A stretch of DNA of 64,000 nucleotides. It comes from a virus. This document shows positions 18,693 through 25,654 of the stretch, piece after piece. The stretch lies in IMG/VR virus record IMGVR_UViG_3300017780_006957, positions 32,001 to 96,000 of that record; one strand, 5' to 3'. How positions within the stretch are numbered: position 1 is the stretch's first letter; each line of letters opens with the position of its first letter. The notes below the pieces were generated by a model that made no database searches, was not told where the DNA came from, and was given only the letters and a program-made list of their open reading frames with translations. Both the position numbers and the translations under genes were made by a program.

Positions 18693-20003
18693 ATGTCCGC
18701 TCAATACACTTTTAATCACCTTGGGCAGCTGTCCCACAGTGCAGCCACAATGCCGTGTCTTTATGATAGCGCACAAGATGTATATAGACCAATAAATGAT
18801 TTAGATTTTGGTGGCCAAGGAAGCTATACATCAAAGGGAAGATTAAAAACTTCAAACGTCGAAACGTTCTTCTTTAATACATTTCAATATGGTAAAGAAA
18901 CCGATATTTGGGACGAATCAACTGCAAATGGTGGTTCAGGAATATACGATTCTAACATTAATCAAATTGATATGTCAGTCAGTAATATCTCTGGATCTGA
19001 ATGCGTTAGACAGACAAAAAATGTCCAAAGATATGTTCCTTCAAGAAATTCTAATTTAGCTTTTGCGGTTAAATTAGGAAATCCAACTCTTGGAATTAGA
19101 AGACGTTTTGGTTTGTTTGAGCCAAACGATGGAATCTTTTTCGAAGATGGCGGCGATAATAATTATTATTGTGTTATCCGTAGTTCTGTTAGCGGCTCAG
19201 TGAATGAAATTAAAGTCGCAAGAAACAATTGGAATGGTGACAAATTAGATGGAACTGGACCAAGTAAAATAATTGCAAATCCGCAAGCTCAACAATTAAT
19301 TGCCATTGATTATGAATGGTATGGTGCTGGTGAGATAGGATTTAATTATGTTATTAATGGATCTCCCGTGAGAATACACACATTTAATACAGCAAATAAT
19401 TTTACTGATCCTTGGTGCAAAACTCCATTCTTACCTATAAGAGTAGAAATAACAAACACTAGTGGCGGTCAATCTAGCGGTAGATATCATATTTATCAAG
19501 GATCAAATTCATTAACCTCAGAAGGAAATTCATTAAATCTTGGCGTTGCAGAGTCTATTTCTACATCAATAGATGGAAAAGAAATTCCTAAAGATATATT
19601 TTATCCGTTAATAAGCTTAAGATTAAAATCTAATTCACTTAAAGGAGTTGTTTTTCCAAGACATTTTCAAGTAGCAACTACTGAAAATAATGTCCATGTT
19701 TTTTATAAAATACTTAGAAATGCCGCTATATCTGGGGCTGTTTGGCAAAATCATCCAGATACTAATTCATTTGTTCAATATGATATTTCTGGAACAGCAT
19801 ATAGTAATGGGCAAACTGTTGATGATGGTTTTGTTGTATATGGATCTTCCGCAGGTCAAATAGAACTTGATGATGCATTAAATTATCAAATAGGTAGAAG
19901 CGGCATGGGTCTATACAGTGATACTTACACATTGGCCGTAGCTCATACGGCATCCACAAATAGAAGCGTCATAGGATCTATGTCTTGGATTGAACAGAGA
20001 TAA
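18693..20003 (+). CDS. putative virion structural protein
   Basis: 436 aa, Gly/Ser/Asn-rich, beta-rich composition; GTGTAA upstream; terminator downstream. Confidence 0.6.
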   Translation: MSAQYTFNHLGQLSHSAATMPCLYDSAQDVYRPINDLDFGGQGSYTSKGRLKTSNVETFFFNTFQYGKETDIWDESTANGGSGIYDSNINQIDMSVSNISGSECVRQTKNVQRYVPSRNSNLAFAVKLGNPTLGIRRRFGLFEPNDGIFFEDGGDNNYYCVIRSSVSGSVNEIKVARNNWNGDKLDGTGPSKIIANPQAQQLIAIDYEWYGAGEIGFNYVINGSPVRIHTFNTANNFTDPWCKTPFLPIRVEITNTSGGQSSGRYHIYQGSNSLTSEGNSLNLGVAESISTSIDGKEIPKDIFYPLISLRLKSNSLKGVVFPRHFQVATTENNVHVFYKILRNAAISGAVWQNHPDTNSFVQYDISGTAYSNGQTVDDGFVVYGSSAGQIELDDALNYQIGRSGMGLYSDTYTLAVAHTASTNRSVIGSMSWIEQR

Positions 20004-20004
20004 T

Positions 20005-20036
20005 AAAAAAGCCTATCTTTTGAAGATAGGCTTTTT
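20005..20036. terminator. bidirectional intrinsic terminator
   Basis: AAAAAAGCCTATCTT-ttg-AAGATAGGCTTTTT between convergent units. Confidence 0.85.
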
Positions 20037-20043
20037 AATGAAA

Positions 20044-20130
20044 TGGAGCTAAAGGTGAGATTCGAACTCACGGTGCGCTTTCGCATCTCGATTACAAATC
20101 GAGTCCTTTCGACCACTGAGGGACTTTAGC
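20044..20130 (-). tRNA. tRNA-Thr(UGU) with long variable arm
   Basis: GCTAAAG/CTTTAGC, CTCGA-TTTGTAA-TCGAG, V-arm TGCG-AAAG-CGCA, encoded CCA. Confidence 0.85.
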
Positions 20131-20166
20131 AAAATATTAATTAATAATGGTTATGAAGTAAAAAGG

Positions 20167-20238
20167 CTCCCAGTTTTGGCAACGATCCAAACTCACACTG
20201 CTTAACAGGCAGGTCGCACGCCCTGTGCGTTACTGGGA
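20167..20238 (-). tRNA. tRNA-Asn(GUU), atypical T-loop
   Basis: TCCCAGT/ACTGGGA-G, CTGC-CTGTTAA-GCAG, T-loop ATCGTTG. Confidence 0.8.
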
Positions 20239-20269
20239 TTTATATCTTATTATATAAGAATAAGAAAGT

Positions 20270-20438
20270 TTTTCTATCGCTGAAGAAGTCCCCCGTTTCC
20301 ACAGAGGTCAATGACCCTTCTTCACTTTTCTACAAGTACTAACTCGCTGGAGAGTTTGACCACGCGATGCGTAGCTACACTCATTTTCCTGTCCGTTTTC
20401 TCTGAATACTTCGGGCGATCAAAACGCACGATAGAAAA
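20270..20438 (-). ncRNA. structured ncRNA A (169 nt)
   Basis: 10-bp terminal stem UUUUCUAUCG/CGAUAGAAAA, several internal hairpins, GC-rich, no ORF. Confidence 0.65.
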
Positions 20439-20442
20439 TTGA

Positions 20443-20504
20443 CCAATTCCTGACCTGCCGCGCACTACTTTATCAGGTATAGCCGCTTGCAGTCAGGCAA
20501 TTGG
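20443..20504 (-). ncRNA. structured ncRNA B (62-nt bulged hairpin)
   Basis: CCAAUU-G-CCUGAC-UGC / GCA-G-GUCAGG-AAUUGG. Confidence 0.55.
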
Positions 20505-20507
20505 AAA

Positions 20508-20677
20508 TGGTTTTGCGGCTCAGGTCGCTATATCGTGCAATGTGTTCCCAACCGAATAATCGTCTCGAAAGACTCGATTTCTATCAACTGCATTAACCCA
20601 TCACTGAATCGTGCGTTTTATGTTGACTACCTTGCACAAACGTCTTAGTTGACGAATACCCCTCAATGACCGCAAAA
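20508..20677 (-). ncRNA. structured ncRNA C (170 nt, ends CCA)
   Basis: terminal stem UUUUGCGG/CCGCAAAA plus CCA; internal GUGCAA/UUGCAC and GUCU-UUCG-AGAC. Confidence 0.65.
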
Positions 20678-20681
20678 TTAG

Positions 20682-20838
20682 TTTATCTGTCAGACCTTAA
20701 CGCCTATGCCCCTCGCGCATAGACAGCATCTTCGCTGGTTCACGGATGGGCCACTTTGTAGTGCCGTAAGTGCAGCACCTCAGACGGATCTCCAGCATAG
20801 GTCTTCACAGCTGTGTGTAGATATTCTCGACAGATAAA
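20682..20838 (-). ncRNA. structured ncRNA D (157 nt)
   Basis: 10-bp terminal stem UUUAUCUGUC/GACAGAUAAA; internal GCUGG/CCAGC and CUAUGC/GCAUAG. Confidence 0.65.
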
Positions 20839-20841
20839 AAA

Positions 20842-20955
20842 TGCAGAAGAGATTGGATTCGAACCAATATTGTACCATACTGCCCTTGGGCATCCAAGGA
20901 ATCGAACCTTAACGAAATAACCGTCGCTATTGCATTGCCGTTATGCTACTCTTCT
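20842..20955 (-). ncRNA. tRNA-like RNA E with expanded anticodon region containing a second T-arm
   Basis: AGAAGAG/CUCUUCU acceptor, D-arm GCAU-AACGGCA-AUGC, T-arm AUUGG-UUCGAAU-CCAAU, extra AAGG-UUCGAUU-CCUU. Confidence 0.75.
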
Positions 20956-20963
20956 AAAAAAGG

Positions 20964-21036
20964 TGGCTAGAGTGTTTGTGGAATCTCAGGAATTGCATCC
21001 TGTTATACTAGTAACTTGCCAGATTCCCTCTAGCCA
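20964..21036 (-). ncRNA. structured ncRNA F (73 nt)
   Basis: UGGCUAGAG/CUCUAGCCA, GGAAUCU/AGAUUCC, apical CAGGA/UCCUG hairpin. Confidence 0.65.
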
Positions 21037-21048
21037 TTGAAAATTTGT

Positions 21049-21142
21049 CCATAGAGTATGCACTCTCAATGCGTTATGCAGGACTGGCACTAGCTATATG
21101 AATCCTTATAGCTGGAGAAGGAAGCCCGTAACCTTCATATGG
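21049..21142 (-). ncRNA. structured ncRNA G (multi-hairpin)
   Basis: CCAUA/UAUGG closing GAAGG/CCUUC, AGCUAUA/UAUAGCU and AGAGU/ACUCU hairpins. Confidence 0.55.
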
Positions 21143-21154
21143 CTTTTTATATTT

Positions 21155-21233
21155 ACAATGTATGGTTATTAACCCACACGGAATTTCAAGCATTAACCCA
21201 CTACGTATATGGTAACTCACCGATTTCCATTGC
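21155..21233 (-). ncRNA. putative ncRNA H with two GUGGGUUAAU repeats
   Basis: GCAAUG/CAUUGU closing stem, AU-rich flanks. Confidence 0.45.
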
Positions 21234-21242
21234 AAAAATTAA

Positions 21243-21357
21243 TATTCCTTTAATGGTAGGCGTTGTCGCATTCAAATCTCTACCCACCACAATCGCTTCA
21301 AGATTCTCGTTCGCTTACCGCACGGGGCATGAAGCCCCTTGTCCCATTAAGGGAATA
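21243..21357 (-). ncRNA. structured ncRNA I (115 nt)
   Basis: UAUUCCCUUAAUGG/CCAUUAAAGGAAUA terminal stem; GGGGC-UUCAU-GCCCC hairpin. Confidence 0.6.
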
Positions 21358-21376
21358 AAATTTTTAAAATTTTTAT

Positions 21377-21389
21377 TTATTAAAGAACA
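21377..21389 (-). promoter_or_regulatory. boxA-like antitermination element
   Basis: TGTTCTTTAATAA vs rrn boxA TGCTCTTTAACAA; preceded by leader hairpins. Confidence 0.6.
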
Positions 21390-21463
21390 GTATTTTATCT
21401 CTAATCGTTGACTAGAGAGGATCTTTCGAATCTGAGTGACTCCTATTCAATCGATCTATTTAG

Positions 21464-21492
21464 ATAATAACTTATGTTTTCGCTTATGTCAA
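21464..21492 (-). promoter_or_regulatory. sigma70-type promoter of the stable-RNA operon
   Basis: TTGACA-17-TATTAT. Confidence 0.8.
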
Positions 21493-21495
21493 CTT

Positions 21496-21714
21496 TTATC
21501 TTAGATTTAATTCACTCTCTACTTTTCGGAATCTGTCATCAGAATGCCAGATTTCATTTACTTGTGGAGTATAAACTCCATCAAGGGTTTGAATCGGGAC
21601 GTTCTTTTGCAGCTTTAAAGTAGAAGGTTGATAAATTTTCCAGTTCTTCACGTTCTCGTTTGAGTTCCATACGCAGGAGGTCTGCGCGATCAGCAGAAGA
21701 GCTGCCCCCATCAT
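21496..21714 (-). CDS. putative lipoprotein (o-spanin/Rz1-like), overlapping upstream gene
   Basis: hydrophobic MMGAALLLIAQTS-C lipobox-like segment; start embedded in 21581..21850 in another frame (exact start uncertain). Confidence 0.5.
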   Translation of the reverse strand: MMGAALLLIAQTSCVWNSNENVKNWKIYQPSTLKLQKNVPIQTLDGVYTPQVNEIWHSDDRFRKVESELNLR

Positions 21715-21850
21715 TACGCAGCTTTTCAATTTCGTCAAGTATTTCTTTTTGTCTATTTTTTGATTTGATTCTGATTTCATAATAAAATGATTTGTTTTTT
21801 AAGTTTAAATAAAGTTCCAGTGATTTAATTAAAGAAGTTAAAATTCCCAT
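21581..21850 (-). CDS. hypothetical coiled-coil protein (possible i-spanin partner)
   Basis: amphipathic N-terminus plus coiled coil; overlap geometry like Rz/Rz1. Confidence 0.5.
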   Translation of the reverse strand: MGILTSLIKSLELYLNLKNKSFYYEIRIKSKNRQKEILDEIEKLRNDGGSSSADRADLLRMELKREREELENLSTFYFKAAKERPDSNP

Positions 21851-21856
21851 ATTAAA

Positions 21857-22420
21857 TTATATAAAACTTTTCCACTCTTTTCTAATTTTGGACACCTGAA
21901 GAAAAAGATTAGGAATTACTGGAGCTTTTACTATTTCATTTTTAATATTAAAAAATGGAGAATGATCGGACTTCTTTTGATTGCAGTCAAGACAAGCCAA
22001 AGTCCTATTTTCGTGTTCATCAGTTCCGCCCTTACTTTTTGGTTTGATGTGATCAATAGTAAGATCTGCGATTTTAAATTTCTTTAAACAATACTGGCAA
22101 ATAGAATCATGAATTCTGCTTAATTCCGCCAAAGATAGTTTTTTCTTTTTGGGTTTTTTAAAAAATTTACTGGTTACAATAATAATTGTTGGAATTGGCC
22201 AAGAGCGTTTTGCGCTACGAAGAACGGGCTGATCTTCATGGAACTCCGCATAATCATTCCACTTCTCTATAGAATCAAACAAATTATTGTTTTTATCTAA
22301 AGCGGTGACATTTTGACTTAATAGATGCGCGAAAGCAGCCTTTGCTGTGATGGCAGTGATAGGTTGCCAAGCGTTATTAAGTAAGAGTGTGGTTCTAGTA
22401 TTGCAATCTACGATGTTCAT
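21857..22420 (-). CDS. HNH endonuclease (McrA-like)
   Basis: CQYC...LTIDHIKPKSKGG...N...AC..CN..K. Confidence 0.85.
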   Translation of the reverse strand: MNIVDCNTRTTLLLNNAWQPITAITAKAAFAHLLSQNVTALDKNNNLFDSIEKWNDYAEFHEDQPVLRSAKRSWPIPTIIIVTSKFFKKPKKKKLSLAELSRIHDSICQYCLKKFKIADLTIDHIKPKSKGGTDEHENRTLACLDCNQKKSDHSPFFNIKNEIVKAPVIPNLFLQVSKIRKEWKSFI

Positions 22421-23097
22421 TAATCAATAACTTGCCCCAAAAACATTGGGAAGATTTTAGATAAAGCTATAGCGCATTGTTTTGCAACTTCAATATGCTC
22501 TTTCTGAGTCCCATTGCCAGTGCGAACTTCAAGATAATGAATCCAACTACGAATAGTTCCGTTCATATATAAACGACTCATCATATTTCCTTCTGGAAGA
22601 ACTGATCGAGCTACTTCTTTTGCTATCCCATTTTCAATAGCCCAATCATAAGTTTCTTTTGCTTTTTCAATTAATTGTTTTTGTCTAACTTCCCAACGAT
22701 AAGAAAGAACTTCATTATTTGTTTCTACTGAATTTTGACGATTCTTTGTATCTTGAAGACGGGCTTCGCGGACTACCATTGGCAATACAGAAGTAGGATC
22801 TGCATAACGCTGAGAAAATTCTTGAAAAGCAAATGATCTGTGGCGAAGAATTTGGCGAGCAATATCTCTTGTCGTTTCGATTTCAAGAACAGCGTTACAC
22901 ATTTCAAATGGTGAAAAATGTTTGTGTTTAAGAAGATAATTAATCAACTTATCTGCCGTATCCATATTCATTTGATTAGAAGGATTAGACACTCTTCCGC
23001 AAAATGTGATTAGATCGGAAATGGTTTCCACTCCTGTTCCAGCAAAATAATCTTTATCAGGAATTGTATAGCCGACTAGTTTTACTTTATTACTCAT
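22420..23097 (-). CDS. thyX: FAD-dependent thymidylate synthase
   Basis: H.SPFE, RQILRHRSFAFQEFSQRY, E.AR.VLP, TQKEH. Confidence 0.95.
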   Translation of the reverse strand: MSNKVKLVGYTIPDKDYFAGTGVETISDLITFCGRVSNPSNQMNMDTADKLINYLLKHKHFSPFEMCNAVLEIETTRDIARQILRHRSFAFQEFSQRYADPTSVLPMVVREARLQDTKNRQNSVETNNEVLSYRWEVRQKQLIEKAKETYDWAIENGIAKEVARSVLPEGNMMSRLYMNGTIRSWIHYLEVRTGNGTQKEHIEVAKQCAIALSKIFPMFLGQVID

Positions 23098-23767
23098 TAG
23101 TTTTTAAATTGTATTGATTTTCATAAAAAGAACAAGACAAATCTCCATTATTATAATATTTTTTATCAGACTTTGGGTAATTCGAAATAATTTCATAGTT
23201 CAATGAAGCTTTCATTTGTTTCTTTTGCTTCTTTGAGCCAACAAAAAAGAAATATCTGTGCTTTGGCATAGGTTTTATCTTTTGTATATTATTTTCTTTG
23301 GCCCAAATAGCTGGCTTAGTAATGCCTAGCTTATCTCTAAGGGTCATTGGGTGGGTTGCCACTCCATCAATCAAATAAAGACTGTCATGAGATACTGTTG
23401 CGCCTGTATATAGCCAATTTGTTGCTTGATAAACTATACCACTATGTCCATGAGCCGAATCTGCATAGCTTATAATCGCACAGAACCGCTCTTTAAGCAT
23501 TTTAGTAGATTGACTAATCAAAAATGATGCGGCGTTTTTTACATCATTATCTACGACTAATCTAGTCAATTCATAAAGTCTAAAATCCCTATCTTTAAAT
23601 GCGTATTTTTGAATAGGTGCTGACGGTTGACCAAAGCAACATACTCCAATAAGTTTGTTATCATTAAAAAGACCAAAGCCTTCCCAGAAAATGCCAAGTC
23701 TTTTGGAGTAGTGTTTATTTGATATGATTAAATCAGCTATTGATTTATCAATTCTTTTGACGGTCAT
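23090..23767 (-). CDS. Mom-like DNA adenine modification protein
   Basis: HYS, ELTRL, AS.LIS, ISYAD...GH.G.VYQATNW.YTG. Confidence 0.75.
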   Translation of the reverse strand: MTVKRIDKSIADLIISNKHYSKRLGIFWEGFGLFNDNKLIGVCCFGQPSAPIQKYAFKDRDFRLYELTRLVVDNDVKNAASFLISQSTKMLKERFCAIISYADSAHGHSGIVYQATNWLYTGATVSHDSLYLIDGVATHPMTLRDKLGITKPAIWAKENNIQKIKPMPKHRYFFFVGSKKQKKQMKASLNYEIISNYPKSDKKYYNNGDLSCSFYENQYNLKTNE

Positions 23768-24099
23768 ACATTTTTGACGAATAGGCCATCAATGACACGC
23801 CCACGCCTATCCTTAATGACATCGTATGCACTGGCAAGGCATTCGATAAAATCAACATCAACTTTATGGCAAAGCATCATAAGAGTAACTCCCATGTCAC
23901 CAATACCGTCAATCACTTCTTCCATTGCTTTTTCTTTTGCTTTTTCTGTTTTTGCGTCTGCAAAAGCAACAAGAGCGTTCATTGTTTCATCCAACTCTTC
24001 TTGAGTTTTATGCAGCTGTTTAATTGGAGTAGAAAATTCAAAAATATTCCTATCCTTACCCCACTGCACAATCTTTTCTTTTAGTTCTTTGTATTCCAT
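23764..24099 (-). CDS. MazG-like nucleotide pyrophosphohydrolase
   Basis: W..DRN, Q..K..EE..E, DGIGD..V, CL..AY..IKDRRG..IDG.FVK. Confidence 0.85.
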   Translation of the reverse strand: MEYKELKEKIVQWGKDRNIFEFSTPIKQLHKTQEELDETMNALVAFADAKTEKAKEKAMEEVIDGIGDMGVTLMMLCHKVDVDFIECLASAYDVIKDRRGRVIDGLFVKNV

Positions 24100-24102
24100 A
24101 AA

Positions 24103-24396
24103 TTATCCGATATTAATTTCAGTAGGCGCGATAGATTCAAGTTCGCCGCAAATAGATTGAATCTCCTTCTGGTCCATTTCTTTGGCGATGGAGCGTAATT
24201 TACTTACTTCAGAACAGAAGAATTTAAATTTGTCATCTTGCTCTATGGTTTTTTTGTTTTGATTGTCATAAATGCCGAAATCAAAGACTTCAAAACGAGT
24301 AGGATCAATGCAGCGTTCAATTGGATCATAGTTGCTGTTTCCAACAACATAATCGAAAATGTCACCCACAGAGATCTTAATTTTAAACGAATTCAT
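24103..24396 (-). CDS. hypothetical protein
   Basis: ORF behind TTGACT-17-TAATCT promoter (24446-24474). Confidence 0.7.
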   Translation of the reverse strand: MNSFKIKISVGDIFDYVVGNSNYDPIERCIDPTRFEVFDFGIYDNQNKKTIEQDDKFKFFCSEVSKLRSIAKEMDQKEIQSICGELESIAPTEINIG

Positions 24397-24490
24397 TATT
24401 ATTTAGTTAATTATTTTTTTTATTTATTGCGTTCAACGCAAAAACAGATTACCAATAAATAGATCACCAGTCAAGATCTTTTTGAAGATT

Positions 24491-25258
24491 TTAAACGCAC
24501 GAAGCAATTAATGAGGCTTCATCATCTCTTCTTACCAAAAGACCATCAAGACCCTTGCCAATCCACAGCCTTTTCATCTTGCGGACTTCGTTGGCGATGG
24601 CTTCGTAATTTTTTGAATCAATTAAATTTCTGATATTAAGCATTTCAATCCTACTCGGACCAGAAACCGATGCGCCTCTATTAAAAACAAGACTGACTAA
24701 CGCTCCAAAAGCATCTGGGTGGAGTTTGTCGGAATTAGGAAAAGCTTTTTTTGTTTCGTTTATAAAGCGCGGCAATGTATTCTTTTTAAAAACAATTTCT
24801 GCGGCATCCCAAGATACTTCAATGTCTTTTACGCTTGAAATAGCGGCTTTCGCATTGGAAGATTTTTTTCCAAGGTGTTGAAGCAATCGAATATAAGATT
24901 GGGTATCCAAAATTCCCTTCCAATCTTCTGAGAATTGATATGATGTGTTATAGCCTAAATCGTAGCCTATGCCGATTGTTACGCCGCTTTCGCCTCCAGG
25001 ATAACAAGGATGTTTTAAGCATTTATTATAATAACTTGCGCCGCCGCCAACTTCATATTTAAGAATAAGCGCAAATGATTTTGCAGATAAAGGGTTGGAT
25101 TCATTATTTGAATTAACGACAGGAATTTCGGCAGGTTGCTCGCCAGTTATTTTAATAAGTATTTGTTTCCATGTGTTTGGGCCATCGATTCCATCAGCAT
25201 TTAAATTCAAAGCCTTTTGGACTTTGGTTATTAATTCTTTTTTATTTGCAAATTCCAT
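24491..25258 (-). CDS. endolysin (peptidoglycan-binding domain plus lysozyme-like domain)
   Basis: VQKAL...ADGIDGPNTW; EVGG...PGGESGVTIGIGYDLG; LVSLVFNRG; GL..RR..EA. Confidence 0.9.
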   Translation of the reverse strand: MEFANKKELITKVQKALNLNADGIDGPNTWKQILIKITGEQPAEIPVVNSNNESNPLSAKSFALILKYEVGGGASYYNKCLKHPCYPGGESGVTIGIGYDLGYNTSYQFSEDWKGILDTQSYIRLLQHLGKKSSNAKAAISSVKDIEVSWDAAEIVFKKNTLPRFINETKKAFPNSDKLHPDAFGALVSLVFNRGASVSGPSRIEMLNIRNLIDSKNYEAIANEVRKMKRLWIGKGLDGLLVRRDDEASLIASCV

Positions 25259-25265
25259 ATTTTTA

Positions 25266-25625
25266 TTAGTTAAAATCTTCTGATTGAACCTCATCCTCGT
25301 ATACAGGCAACAACGCTTGCATTTCTTCTGTAGTCAATTCTTGAACATCTGGGAATAATCCCTGATTAAAAACATCAACTAATTTTAACGACCAAAGGGC
25401 TGTGTAAGCTTTTCTTCCATCAGTAAGATCTGTAAGAGAAGCTGTTTCTGGGAATCTTAAAGCTCTAAGAGTTGTATGTTCACTATCATCCCAACCACAA
25501 GCAATAGTTTTGACTGTTAATAGTCCATCAGTTGCATCTTCTCCAAATTGTTCATTGAGAAGTGGAAGTTGTTCTACTAGTGCTTCTGGAAAAGCAAATG
25601 TTTTAAATTCTGTTGAGAAGTTCAT
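25266..25625 (-). CDS. hypothetical protein (possible tail-fibre chaperone)
   Basis: follows the fibre-like paralog cluster. Confidence 0.6.
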   Translation of the reverse strand: MNFSTEFKTFAFPEALVEQLPLLNEQFGEDATDGLLTVKTIACGWDDSEHTTLRALRFPETASLTDLTDGRKAYTALWSLKLVDVFNQGLFPDVQELTTEEMQALLPVYEDEVQSEDFN

Positions 25626-25654
25626 ATGTTATTTTAGTTTATTAATTGTATATT

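Noticed and set aside
20044-20130. Reading as tRNA-Tyr(GUA) because of the long V-arm
   Set aside because: The 5-bp stem CTCGA/TCGAG centres UGU in the 7-nt loop; GUA would be off-register, and the discriminator is U, not A.
20270-21357. CRISPR array, rRNA fragment, RNase P RNA or group I intron
   Set aside because: No direct repeats with spacers; no RNase P GAGGAAAGUCC or group I P7/S core recognised; no interrupted gene flanks the region.
21139-21411. 90-aa plus-strand ORF
   Set aside because: Antisense to the stem-closed RNA units and their promoter; no recognisable motif or upstream signal.
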